This document shows positions 1 through 12,250 of a stretch of DNA of 64,000 nt, piece after piece. The notes beneath the pieces were generated by a model, which saw only the letters and a list, made by a program, of their open reading frames with translations, searched no databases and was not told where the DNA came from. The translations under genes and the position numbers were made by a program. Source of the DNA: Octopus sinensis (lineage: Eukaryota); contig NC_043007.1 of NCBI RefSeq assembly GCF_006345805.1, positions 61,752,001-61,816,000 of the forward strand. Direction: 5' to 3'. Each line of letters opens with the position of its first letter. Positions within the stretch are counted from its first letter, which is position 1.

Positions 1-130
1 ATGAATTAACCCCAGTACTTATTTTTATTTTATTTTAAGCCTGGTATTTATTCTACTGGTCTCTTTTTGCCAAACTACTAAGTTACAAGGATGAAAACAC
101 AAGTGGTGGTGGTGGTGGAGGACAAACATA
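1..130 (-). mobile_element. SINE family A fragment
   Basis: Reverse complement resembles the central/3' part of the family A copies at 15370-15750, 22670-23073 and 41241-41573. Confidence 0.55.
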
Positions 131-249
131 AACACACTTACACACATAAATATATACATATATATATGTATATGTATAGGTGTATGTGTATACATGCATA
201 TGTATAGATATATATATATATATGTATATATGCATATACACATAAACCA

Positions 250-770
250 AAAAAGGGGTATAAGAACTTGCTGAAGGCTTCCTTAAGAGATTCTTGCATC
301 TCTCCTGACACATGGGAAGGCATAGCTATTGATCGTAGCAGGTGGAGAAGGATTGTGCATGAGGGGACAGCCACTTTTGAGAAATCTCGAGTTACACATG
401 AGAAAGTAAGGAGGGATGTCAGGAAGGGCATCGCTGTTACACTTCCAGAAGGGAAGGGTCTTCCTTTGGTGCTGACATGCAATGTCTGTGCAAGACCCTG
501 CCTCAGTAAAGCTGGACTCAAGAGTCATCTTCGTAGTCATAAAACGAGACAGATAAGTGACAACCTGGCCACTGGTGGTGGTGTAACACACCATGCTAAT
601 CATATCTGTCGGGCATGTGGAAGAGAGTGTAATTTGGCTGGAGGACTTAAACGACATGCAAAGGTACATGAAGCCCAGTTACAACTACAGCCAGCTATTA
701 CCAGTAAAGGTTTTAGGTGTCAATTTTGTACAAGACATTGTAGATCTTTAGCTGGGCTAAAAGTATATAT
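250..770 (+). mobile_element. RTE-clade LINE ORF2 C-terminal fragment with three C2H2 zinc-finger motifs
   Basis: ORF 268..831 reads LKASLRDSCISPDTWEGIAIDRSRWRRIVHEG (RTE/BovB-type tail), then CNVC..HLRSH, CRAC..HAKVH and a truncated CQFC..; (TA)n/(CA)n tracts on both sides. Confidence 0.7.
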
Positions 771-1995
771 ACATCTTTATATATATATATATGTGTTTGT
801 GTGTGTGTTTCAGCATGGCACGGAAAAATAAATAAATAGTTACCAGGGTAGCAAAAATTTATGCAAGTACCAAGGATGTAACAGCCTACTTATAAAGGTA
901 GAAACTCCAGGTTTAGGTGAAATGTTTTTTTATAATATAGATAAATAAATAGAGTTAAACACAGGTGTTATTCAAATCTTTTTATCTCCAACATATGTTT
1001 CGAAGAAAACATTGATATTATTCCAGAAGGAATAAAATGGTGTAAAACAATGCAACCTTCTTATCAGAGAAAGAAAGAAACCAAATACATCAATAAGACA
1101 TCTTAAGAGAATGTGATGACTGCATATATGATGAAGGGAACGCTATCAAGTTTTTTAAAAAAACTGTTAGTAGATATAACATCAATGTAGTATACAGAAA
1201 GAGAAGGAAGAGAAAGAAAGAAATTAGCAGAAAACTAATAGAGCGATAGGTGAAATAGAATAAAGCTTAAAGTTATGGAAGTAGATATATTTAATGGAAG
1301 TGAACTGTAAGAAGACAGTCAAAGGTCGAATTTTATAGAATGGTAGAAATCACTTATAGGAACTAAAGGTATGTTTCTGCCAATGTTTGCAACAATAAAC
1401 ACATTCTATAAATGTGTTTACAAGGGGATTCTCTGAGAACAGGATAAAGTACATTTCACTGTTACAAAGCAAACAAAAAGATTTACCTTTATCATACATA
1501 TGATATTGATAACATATGTATGATATTGACAACATGTGCTATTTTGTCATGCATAAAATGACAGCTTCCAAATCTTGTTTCCTGACTGGGTGAAAATGAT
1601 CAAACTTTAAACCTCTATAACTTTTTAAAAACATTTTTTTTTAAATAAATGAAACAACTCCAGCAATTTAGTTTGGGCAAGTGTATTATTGTACCAACGT
1701 TGGAATAACCAGTGAACATCGAAGGACCAACACCAAGAAGGAATAAATATTATATACATATGTTTATTCATTTGCCCGCCAGGTAGTTAGAGACAGTAGT
1801 ACTTGTAGTGATAGTGAAATTTTTCTCAATAGTGACAAAAAGGTTGCTGTCTGCCAGTAGAAAGGAAGAGTAAGGAATGCATGGTGCTGACTAGAAAGAA
1901 GAAAGGATAAAGTGGCTCTGCTCTGATTGGCTGTATGCAAATGATTTAATTACTGGGGTCCGGAACTCTCGTGGGAAAAAAAATTTTGTGACCTG

Positions 1996-2455
1996 GCAAG
2001 CCAGTGCAGCATAACCAGCCCATTTAAGAGTACCCTTCAATCAATGAGCAATAAACTATGCTTGTGAAGACCTGTTGAGTCAAGTGAAGTCATTGTCATA
2101 GCCGATGCCACTTCTGCCTGATTGGCACCTGTGCTGGTGGCATGCAAAAAGCACCATTCAAGCATGGTTGATGCCAGTGCCACCTGACTGGTTCCTGTGC
2201 TGGTGGCATGTAAAAAGCACCATTCAAGCGTGGTTGATGCTAGTACCGCCTGACTGGCCCTGATGCCCATGGCATGTAAAAAGCACCCACTACACTCTCA
2301 GAGTGGTTGGCGTTAGGAAGGGCATCCAGCTGTAGAAACCTTGCCAGGTCAGATTGGAACCTGGTACAGCCCTCTGGCTTGCCAGTCCTCAGTCAAACCG
2401 TCCAACCCATGCCAGTATGGAAAGTGGATGTTAAACTATGACGTTGATGATGATG
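1996..2455 (+). mobile_element. RTE LINE 3' UTR/terminus (family D) with internal ~60-bp tandem units and (GAT)n tail
   Basis: Same sequence as the 3' end of the coding RTE copy at 19525-20430; repeated ggcatgtaaaaagcacc units; ends ...gttaaactatgacgttgatgatgatg. Confidence 0.75.
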
Positions 2456-2529
2456 GAAGAAAGTATTCTATTTAAAGTGCTGTCTGTGTAATAACTAAAC
2501 ATCAGGATGCTGTACAATTCTTAAATATG

Positions 2530-2745
2530 GATTTCAAATTTTGGCACAAAGCTAGCCATTTCAGGGGAGTGAGTAAGTCAATCACAGCAACCCCAATATT
2601 CAACTAGTACTTATTTCATCCACCCCATAAGGATGAAAGGCAATGTTGATCTTGGTGGAATTTGAACTCAAAACACAAAGATGGATGAAATTCCATTGAG
2701 CATTTTGTCTGACATGCTAATGACTCTGCCAGCTTGCCATCTTTC
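2530..2745 (-). mobile_element. tRNA-type SINE family B (decayed)
   Basis: Reverse complement aligns by eye to the better-preserved copy at 57736-57945. Confidence 0.7.
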
Positions 2746-3279
2746 AAATGTTACCAAACTTTGTCACATGAAAATGACTTTGAATAAGGAAGAATAATGC
2801 TAACATGTAGACATCTAAATTAAAGAGTCCTTGAAGTAACTTATTTATCATTGTATATTGTGCTATTGAAAAACTCTATTTCAATTTCTGGATGAGACTT
2901 TTACATACATTTGCAAAAAGACTGAATGCAGTAAGTTCTTAGTTTCTTTTGCACCAATACATGTTTGTATAAATCAAAAGTTGTGAAATTTGAAGCTGTA
3001 TGTGTCTAGCCTAATCAAAGAGATTAGCAACAGTGTCTTGTCACTAGTATTATATTGTGTCCATATCTAGGATATTTAATTCTCCAATGTTCCAGTTTAT
3101 CTGGATATGAATAAGTACCACTGGGCAAGACTAGATCATAACTATGAATAATATCAACATTTGAAAAATTTTCTGAAGTTTTAAACAAGATATATAACTG
3201 CTTCTTTTTAAAATATTTACACTGAATAGTTTAATGAAAGGAATCAGTACAAATATAAGTTGTCTTTTTTGTGTTACAG

Positions 3280-3461
3280 GGTTCGCCATGCTGTATAATA
3301 CCGAATTTGTATGTTCTGAGCGTCTTTATCTCTCACTGAACACAAACATTTTGAAAATTAAACTCAGTTTATCACTGTCGAAAATCCTCAAGCAGCCACT
3401 TTTATATGTCAGAAATGTTGTGCCACGACCATGTTTTGATTGCGTGATTCGGCTCTTTAAT
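3280..3461 (+). CDS. CFAP92: CFAP92/KIAA1257-like gene, first exon visible in the window (182 nt, phase 1 to 0)
   Basis: Acceptor ttttttgtgttacag, donor gtaagt. Encodes FAMLYNTEFVCSERLYLSLNTNILKIKLSLSLSKILKQPLLYVRNVVPRPCFDCVIRLFN, which resembles the recalled QPLxYxRxxVPxxCF block of CFAP92-like proteins. Confidence 0.7.
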
Positions 3462-3623
3462 GTAAGTTACCATGTACAAATAAGGATGCACATACAATTT
3501 CATATATATATGTAAATACTGAGCATTATATTGTCAGTAAAAAAGGGTAGAATTAATTAATTGTTAATCAATTCGACCAAGCAGTATTCGGTATGTAAAA
3601 GGACCATTTACGGTATATTTGAA

Positions 3624-3811
3624 GTATTAATTTATAAAAATATGGTAAAGTAAAAAAATTCACTTTACCGCACACCGAACTTTTCAGAAATTGTCTGGAG
3701 ACTTTTACTTGCAGTTGAAGAAATAGCCAAATTTTTGGCTGCTATTTCTGAAAAGTTCAGTGTGCGGTAAAGTGAATTTTTTTACTTTACCATATTTTTA
3801 TAAATTAATAC
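3624..3811. repeat. Inverted repeat, ~68-bp arms (3624-3691 / 3744-3811)
   Basis: gtattaatttataaaaatatggtaaagt...cagaaat and its near-perfect reverse complement. Confidence 0.9.
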
Positions 3812-4301
3812 TGTAAATACTGATATATATAAGAGCATATATGTACACATCTGTGATCATAGTTCTTCATTTAAATCTTGTTGTGAAGTCACAATCAGCC
3901 ATACTGTTGCATAACCAAAGCTAACCATAATGACAGACCCTATTGAACCATCCAATACATGCCAGCATGAAGAACAAATGTTAAATGCAAACTCCTTTCT
4001 ATTCACATTTTTATGGGGCTCTCAAAGAAAAAAAACCCCAAAAAAACAAACCTATAATTGGTTTAAAACAGTAATGTACCGATAACTAAGTATGCATGTA
4101 TCTATCTATCTGTTTATCAACCTGTCTGTCTATATGTATGTATGTACGTACATACGTACATACATACATACATACATACGTACATACATACATATGTACA
4201 TACATATAAACCTACTGCTTTTTTTTACTTTCCCCTTTCAACTGAATGTTAAGTTTATACTTCTTAAAATGTAGTTCTGTGTGTGTGTGTGTGTGAGAGT
4301 A

Positions 4302-4686
4302 TGATGGACAAAAGACTGCATGTATATGAGAGTGTACATAAGTGTGTGTCATGTTTTCTGAATTCATCAACAACATAACTTTTATTGTCTACCATTCTCT
4401 TATCACTTCTTATCAGTTTCAGTAGGTTTTTTTTTTTTTAACCTTAACTTCTTTCTTTCGTCCTTTCTTTCAGCTGACTTCAGCTCACACTAACTGTCAT
4501 GCCATTCATCCAAGCCCTGAAATATAGCCCAGTATACCTTTGAATTTTATAAGTTATAGGATTATTACATACAAACATTGTGATAAGAGAATTTTTAAGA
4601 CAATAAAAGTTATGTTGTTGATGAATGCAGAAAACATGACACACGCTTACACACACTCTCATATACATGCAGTCTTTTGTCCATCA
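4302..4686. repeat. Inverted repeat, ~89-bp arms (4302-4390 / 4598-4686)
   Basis: tgatggacaaaagactgcatgtatatgagag...tttattgtct and its reverse complement, with a few mismatches. Confidence 0.85.
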
Positions 4687-4698
4687 CACACACACACG

Positions 4699-4772
<74 letters not shown>

Positions 4773-4813
4773 TACATACATACATACATACATACATACA
4801 TACATACATACAT

Positions 4814-4852
<39 letters not shown>

Positions 4853-4853
4853 G
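4687..4853. repeat. Compound microsatellite (CA)n-(CATA)n-(CAGA)n
   Basis: Directly visible. Confidence 0.95.
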
Positions 4854-5460
4854 GTGGAATGTATCAGTGAAGACCTCAATAAAATTCAAGCACTACAGGC
4901 TTGATATGATGATTTGGGATAGAGATGAGAAACTGAGCACAGTTGTAGAAATTAACTGCCCAGTGGATGTTAACATAAAGCTGAAGATCAGTGAAAAAGA
5001 GAATACCTATGCTGAACTTTTGATAAATCTGCAGTTATTCTATCCAGATTACAAGTTCAGGTTTATATCTGTAATTATTGGGGCCCTGGGATATGTAAGA
5101 CACTGTCTAAATACAAATCTTGAGAAATTAGACTTCTCAAAATCAGAAAAGAAAAAGCTAATTCGAAGCCTACAGATCCAATCCATCACTGGAACTGTAA
5201 AAATCTGTAGAACTTTCCAGAAGTTTATCATTTAAATATGTATGAGCATGTCTAGATATGCAACTATATGCATAAGAATACATACATAAAACATACAACT
5301 CTGCACAAACATACTTAATTACATACATTCACACACACACACACATACACACACATAAATACCCTGATGTTGCAATTACAATGAAGGAGCCTTGGATCTA
5401 GGTTAGACACTGGTTCATTCTCTATTGGCAAGAAATCTTGAAATAAACTGAATAAAGACA
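4854..5460 (+). mobile_element. R4/Dong-type LINE 3' fragment: restriction-like endonuclease domain plus 3' UTR
   Basis: WNVSVKTSIKFKHYRLDMMIWDRDEKLSTVVEINCP...IIGALGYV...GTVKICRTF is a decayed RPD..E-type RLE domain; stop at 5235. Confidence 0.75.
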
Positions 5461-5481
5461 TACATATATACATACTATACG

Positions 5482-5566
<85 letters not shown>

Positions 5567-5989
5567 ATGTATGTATGTATGTATGTATGTATGTATGTGT
5601 GTGTGCATGTGCATATAACCCTATATATATATATATGTAAATGAGTAACAGTGTAGAGGTACAGGTATCAGTCCATTATAATCATTTCTAATGACTCCTT
5701 TAATTGATTAATGAAAACATTATATCATTTTAAAGAAACCATTTTTGTCAGATGAATTCATGAATTTCAAAATAAAGGACATTCAGAATGATTTAACATA
5801 GTTTGAGATCCATGGAGCAAAAACATTTACAGTGATTCTGCTACTATTTAAGTTCACAGAATGGATTTACCAGAATAGTGTATATTTGATCAGAACAGAG
5901 TCATTTAAAGGTTAGTAGAGTTTTTAGGAAGGGGAATGAATAAATGACTCCAGTGACCCAATTATCTATACTTCTGTAGCGGCACAAGC

Positions 5990-6450
5990 AGTCAGCGCCA
6001 TGTTGGATGAGGTCTCGCGGTAGCCATTGCCATCTCCGAGACTGGAGCAAGACTTCACCTGCATCCATTTGCCATGCGCGAGATCACAACAAGGCTTGTG
6101 ATCACAAACTGTATATAAGGGCCAAACAGAAACAGATTCATTCTCTCTGCTTCTTCGCAGCAGTGCTTGCTGAGCACACTTCACTGGCTGGGCCTGTCTG
6201 CATGTTGTACTTCCAGAGGCAATGTGCCCACACTAATGGAGATACAACACAACGCACACAGCTTGAGATGGTTGCAGAGAGCAACCCCCTTCATCTATTC
6301 TGTGAAACTTGTAAAGAAACCAGTTGTAAATTGCATTTGTACTTAAAGACTTCTTTCTTTGCCTGCTGGAGCCAGAACTACACGAAGAACAAAATATAAT
6401 GGGAGAAGGTGATATTCTCTCGATATCATAAAACTTGCCTTCCATTATGC
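5990..6450 (+). mobile_element. Heavily decayed RTE-type LINE fragment (post-RT region)
   Basis: Frameshifted remnants resembling LRWxGHVxRM..LPxA and P.LRF.DTCK. Confidence 0.35.
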
Positions 6451-7264
6451 TTCTAACAAGAGAGGAGGGTGCAGCTCCATTAGTCTAGGTTTATCTATTA
6501 AGGAGTTGTTTAATGTCTATTGGTCAGTGTTAAAAAAACGATTTGTGGCCAGGTTAACCTACTAAATTATCAAGGTCGTTTGTGATGGAACTAATACACA
6601 CGCTTTATCTCCACAAGTTGACAAGGCAGAGGGCATTAACAAGGAAGTGAGGGATGTGGAAGGGAGGATAAAGAGAAAAAAGAAAGAAAGATGACCCAAC
6701 TGTTACTAATTGCCATAATATTAAAGGAGGAAGACTTTGAAGGATAATGGAATAATGGTTATGGGGGCTTGACTTGGAATCATTGCATGGGAATAAATAG
6801 AACCTTCTACAATTTAACAGAGTTATAATATAGCAATAAGATAAATTAAAAAGTAAATATAGGTACATAATTAAAAGGTACTTAAAATTATAAGAAAAAG
6901 AGATGCATTAAGATATAAAAGTAATAAGAAAATTAAAATTTTAAAGAAATATAGAGTATATAAATAATATTAGGGTAAAAATGAAGATATATAATATTTA
7001 TAAAATAAAAGTAAGAAGTTTTTGAACATATGCACCAATTATGCGAGGGTAATGATAAGATATCAAATATTAAGTATTAAATATAAAGTAAATAGTTTTA
7101 AATTATTTAGAATATATAAAGAAGTGTATTCAGATAGAAAAATTTAAAAACTTAAAATGTAAATATATAAAAATTATAAAAAAGGTAAAAATATATAAAA
7201 ATTATAAAGAAAATTATTAATAATATATTTTAAAAAATAAACAAGTTTTTATACAAAAAATATA

Positions 7265-8535
7265 TTAGGTCACCCCATAAACAATGCAGTTTTTTCAATT
7301 GCATGAACTAAAAGTCAGAGATGAGATAGACTACCTGCATCAACTTGCTATAAAAGCAGGTAGCAATTTAACTTGTACATATTCTTAGTGCAAGTTTTGA
7401 AGAGTACAGTTCGATTTTAAGAGTTATTTTTTCAAAGCTATAATGGAAGTGACAAAGGAGCATATTTTGCTTTATGAGTTAAATAAACGCAACAATACAA
7501 CAGAAAGTGCAAGGAATGCAGTATATAGGGGTCAGAGGATAAGCGCAAGCCAGTGTCAACAGTGGTTCCAGAAATTCCAAGCTGGAAACTACTGCCTAGA
7601 AGATGAGCCTCATCCTGGAAGATCTGCAGAGCTTGACGTGGACATCATGCAAACCCTGGTGGAACAAAATCCCATCGTAATTATTCAGAAACTAGCAGAG
7701 AAGCCTGGATTTGGTCATTCAACCATTCATCAACACCTGCGTGCCATCGGAAAGGTTAGCAAATTGGGTCAATGGGTTCCTCATAAACTTTCCAAGTCTA
7801 ATCACATACAGAGAGTGAATGTGTGCTCTTCTTTGCTGTCATGTCTCATGAATGAACCTTTTTTTTGGATCGAATAGTGTCTGGTGAGGAGAAATGGGTT
7901 CTCTATAAAAATGTCTAGTGCCAAACACAGTGGGTAGGGGCAGGAGAAACACCAGCACCCCAGGCTAAAGAAGGGCTTCACCCACGTAAGATGTGTTATC
8001 TGTCTGGTGGGATATGAAAGATTTAGTCTGCTTTGAACTTTTAAACCTAAACCAAATAATAATAAAGAGATTTACTGTGAGCAGCTTGAGTAGCTTAAGT
8101 CAGCTCTAGAAGTAAAATGACCATCTTTGGTTTCAAGACGAAAGGTGTTCTTTCATCAGGATAATGTTCGGCTACATACAGCAAATATGACATTCAAAAA
8201 GGCTGAAGCAGTTTGAATGGGAAACGATGCCCCACCCACCATATTCACCAGACATTGCCCCATCTGATTATCATTTATTCTGCAGTCTTCAAAATCATTT
8301 GGACAAAAAAATAAAAATGAATTCTGTAAATGAGGTCAGAACAGTACTGGAGGAGCATCTTTCATCATGGACAAGTGAATTTTGGAAGCGGGGTCTTGCA
8401 AATCTACCAGATGGACGGAAAAGTATTGTAGAAAATGAAGGAGAGTATATTTTAGATTAAAAAAGAACTGTGTTTATCTTGATTTTGAAAAATAAAGAAG
8501 TATAAATAAAATGCTTTATTTATGTGATGACCCAA
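7265..8535 (+). mobile_element. Mariner (DD34D, Hsmar/SETMAR-like) transposon, defective
   Basis: Imperfect TIRs ttaggtcaccccataa / ttatgtgatgacccaa with TA on both sides. Transposase pieces: WFQKFQAGNYCLEDEPHPGR, IVSGEEKW, HQDN, HPPYSPDIAPSDYHLF; stops and frameshifts. Confidence 0.92.
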
Positions 8536-9091
8536 TAAATCCATAACCATAACAGTATCTGAACATCTGAAAGGTAAAAGAAGACAACACAAAAACAGTA
8601 GTGCTTGTCTGACAATGACAGTGTATGCAATGGGACCAGGCACTCAAGTGACCACTGTTTTGGAGAAAATTCTGGAGTACTGACTAGGAAAAGTTGTCCT
8701 TCCTTCTATGTACTGTCGCTGACTTCTTTCCAGCCCCAAATAACCTTAAAATCTGAGCAAAGAACAAGACCTACTCTGCAAGGTGTGTGAAGCAACTCTT
8801 CACACTCTGAACCACATTTTTGACCAGATGCTGTAGATAACTAGGAGAAGACTATACAGGCCTTTAAAGAAATTGTCACGTGAGTGGACCTGCAGAGAGT
8901 TAAAGCCAACAAACAGACATCACCACTCAAAGCTATCGAATTCTTTAAAGAATGTGATAAGACTCCTAAGACAAAAATAGCTGTGGGAAACTTGTGTGTG
9001 TGTGTGTATATATATATTATATATATATATATATATATATGTAGGTCCCGGGCTGAGTCGGGGTTAACCACAGTAAATAAGGTACTCAATA

Positions 9092-9138
9092 CTTCCTGAT
9101 GATTTCTTTTGAATGAAACAGTTCTAGTCCTGTAGAAG
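9092..9138 (+). ncRNA. Type I hammerhead ribozyme fold, slightly degenerate
   Basis: cttc-CTGATGA-tttc tttt gaat-GAAA-cag ttctagtc ctg-T-A-gaag. Stems I-III are present; pair 10.1-11.1 is a U-U mismatch. Confidence 0.6.
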
Positions 9139-9284
9139 CTCCTTCTATATATATATATATACATGATATATATATATATACATGATATATATGCATACAT
9201 ATATACATACATATCTATCTTTCTATCTGTCTGTATATATATGTATGTATGTATGTATGTATATATTTATGTGTGTGTGTCTTT

Positions 9285-9450
9285 TGTGTCTGTGTTTGTC
9301 CCCCAACCACTGCTTGACAATCAATGTTGGTGTGTTTACATTCCCACAACCTAGTGGTTCGGCAAAAGAGTCTGACAGAATAAGTTCTAGGCTTTGACTA
9401 AAACCCTTTAAGGCAGTGATCCAGCATGGCCTCAGTCAAATGACTGAAAC
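9285..9450 (+). mobile_element. SINE family A, 3' half
   Basis: gtgtttgtccccc..cttgacaatcaatgttgg...cagtcaaatgactgaaac. Confidence 0.7.
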
Positions 9451-9690
9451 ATATACACACACATGCACACACACACACACACACACATGCTCACTCACAC
9501 ACACACATGCATGCACACACATTGGCCTGCCTAGTCAGTGGGCTGGTATTATTCAAAAGCTACAACAATGTAAGGAAGTGTGTTGTGATCAGTAGTGCAT
9601 AAACACATCCAATAGTCAGTTCGATAGTGATACAGTGATTTGTCTACATACACACACACACACACGCACAGATTTAGACATATATACACT

Positions 9691-9739
<49 letters not shown>

Positions 9740-10063
9740 CACAGATATAAGGTAAAAAATTATTAATTTAATAAATTAATAAATCTTACCAAGTAGTTTC
9801 GGTATGGAAAAGAACCATAATCGGTAAAAACTTATACAAAAACGTTTTTCATGTATTATTATAACTATATTTAAGGGTTTAGCAACAAGTTGCTTCACCA
9901 CATACCGAAAATTTAGAAATAGCAGCTAAAAGAATGCTATTTCTTTTTCCTGCAAAATATGTTCCCACAGATAACAATATTTGTGACTCACATAGGTAAA
10001 AAGAAGAAAAATAAGGAAATCAAACAACACATATATATATATATATATATGTTTATTTTACAG

Positions 10064-10184
10064 CTGATTGGATGCAACAGGCTGATGGATGCTGTATACT
10101 ATAAATGTTTTCCTGATGCAGATATGATACGATCCCTGACTAGTGTATTTGTCTCCTTCACACCAGAAGACATCAAGACTGAGG
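10064..10184 (+). CDS. CFAP92: CFAP92-like exon (121 nt, phase 0 to 1)
   Basis: Acceptor gtttattttacag, donor gtgagg. LIGCNRLMDAVYYKCFPDADMIRSLTSVFVSFTPEDIKTE continues the previous exon in frame. Confidence 0.8.
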
Positions 10185-10822
10185 GTGAGGATAATTTGAT
10201 CATAATTCTTTTTTTTTTTTTATTAAGAATAAATAGATGTTAAATGGCTAAATGGAGAAATCATAATTAGAATTTTTTAGGGATTTGATAAGTCGTTTGG
10301 TAATCTGTTTGTGCTAATATTGGACGCATAAGAATTTATTGATAAAGCCAATATCATATTGTTATATTTTGGGATTTTTTTTTTTTTGTCAAATAACCAC
10401 ATGCACTATATATGCATTCTTCACTTCAGCCTTATTATTATTCTTATTTTAGTATCCTCTGCCTGAAATCTTTCACCACACACATTGTGACCTCTTCACT
10501 GATGAAAGATTTCCAGACAAAGGACACTAAAATAAGAATAACAATAAAGTTGAAGTGAAGAATGAGTATATAGTGTATGTGGTTATTTAGTAAGAAGAAA
10601 AAAAACAAATGCATGACCCTCCCCAAATATAACAATATCTGTTCCAGTAGACAATTTTACATCAGGCATCTTGCAAAACAAATACATAAACATACTACTA
10701 TTGTATGTTTTCTGAGAAATATGACTTTGTGTGTGTGTGTGTAGTAAGGTTTGTGTGTGTATGAGAGAGGGAAGTGTAAGCACTTTTTCCTAAATATTAT
10801 GGAATATATATGTCTTCAATAG

Positions 10823-10959
10823 CAATAACTAACCTGGCTGATAAAGAGGATATTAAAGTTGATACAAAAGAGGATGCTAAACCAATTCCAATGGAATCTT
10901 GCCCACAGAGGAAAAAAGAAGAGCGCCATAAAACAGTCAACTTTATAAAACATAATGCT
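10823..10959 (+). CDS. CFAP92: CFAP92-like exon (137 nt, phase 1 to 0)
   Basis: Acceptor tcttcaatag, donor gtaagt; (A)ITNLADKEDIKVDTKEDAKPIPMESCPQRKKEERHKTVNFIKHNA. Confidence 0.75.
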
Positions 10960-11054
10960 GTAAGTAATTTCCTCTAGTTATCAATTTCTTTTAGTAGTAA
11001 TAATTGATTGTTGTACATTTTAACTCGGAATAATTCTGTATATTGATATATCTA

Positions 11055-11500
11055 TAATATTGGTTTCAAATTTTGGTACAAGGCCAGTAATTTTAGGAGA
11101 AGGGTTAGTTTATTACATTGACTCCAGTGCTCAACTAGTACTTATTTTATCAATTCCAAAAGAATGAAAGGCAAAGTCAACCTTGGCAGCATTTGAACTC
11201 AGAAAGTAAAGAAGGACAAAATGCCAATAAGCATTTTGCCTGGTATGCTAACAATTTTACCAGCTTGCTGCCTTATGATTTATTTTTAATATTGCTTTCA
11301 AGTTTTGGTAGAAGGCCAGTAATTTCAAGGGAGGGAATTAGTTGATTACATCGACCCCAGTATTCAACTGGTACTTATTTTATTAACCCCAAAAAGCAAA
11401 GTGGAATTTAAACCTCAGTGGAATTTGAACATGAAGATGAACGAAATGCAGCAAAGTATTTTGCCTGGTGTTATAACAATTCTGCCAGTTCACTACCTCA
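11055..11500 (-). mobile_element. Two head-to-tail SINE family B copies (~11055-11275, ~11290-11500)
   Basis: Both align in reverse to 57736-57945. Confidence 0.7.
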
Positions 11501-11829
11501 TGATTTATCTATAATATTAGCACTATGTTTTATACATGTATTTAGTGATTTATTTCATCATTACATTACAATTAATGATATACTTTGTTGCTGAAGTAGG
11601 AATAATTTGTATCATGGAAATAAAAATTCATTGTCATAACATAATTTTTTTCTCACAGAGTATTCATTCCTAGTTGACTTACAAATGCACTATGTACAAA
11701 ATATGTTAAAATAAACTTAATTATTATTTTCTTGTAATAGTAGCTAATTTTATTTCTGAAACATTTTCTTTTCTGTTTTAACAAATATATAATATTGTAT
11801 ATTTACTTAGTTATTCTTTCATCATTCAT

Positions 11830-12250
11830 TATCATCATCATCATTGTTTAACATCTGCTTTTCATGCTAGCATAGGTTGGACGATTTGACTGAGGTCTGG
11901 CGAACCAGATAGCTGCATCAGACTCCAATCTAATCTGGCAGAGTTTCTACAGCTGGATGCCCTTCCTAATGCCAACCACTCCAAGAGTGTAGTGAGTACT
12001 TTTATGTGCCACCGGCACGAGGGTTAGTCAGGTGGTACTGGCAATGGCTGCACTCAAATGGTGCTTTTTATGTGCCACCTGCACAGGAGCCAGTCCAGCA
12101 GCACTGGCAACAACCTCGCTTGAATGTTTTTTCATGTGCCACCAGCACAAGTGCCAGTAGGGTGATGCAGGTAACGATCATGCTCAAATGGTGCTTTTTA
12201 CGTGCCATTGGCACGGAGGCCAGCTTGTTGCTCTGGCAATGATCACGCTG
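11830..12250 (-). mobile_element. RTE family D 3' end
   Basis: (CAT)n tail followed by ctggatgcccttcctaatgccaaccactcc and the tandem units. Confidence 0.75.

Noticed and set aside
1926-1942. ATTGG (CCAAT) next to an ATGCAAAT octamer
   Set aside because: No TATA or TSS context and no adjacent first exon; it probably lies in a repeat, and short motifs occur by chance.
2837-2930. Possible upstream exon ending at a GTAAGT donor (NLFIIVYCAIEKLYFNFWMRLLHTFAKRLNA)
   Set aside because: Weak acceptor, and its end phase (0) does not match the phase-1 start of exon 3280.
3575-3620. Hammerhead-like relics here and at ~985-1030, ~9785-9830, ~45655-45690 and ~46680-46725
   Set aside because: Each has GAAA plus a palindromic stem III-like part, but two or more core changes or missing stems; not supportable individually.
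6290-6345. PLHLFCETCKETSC, resembling a TRIM B-box
   Set aside because: The remaining B-box ligands are absent; the surrounding sequence fits a decayed RTE (P.LRF.DTCK) better.
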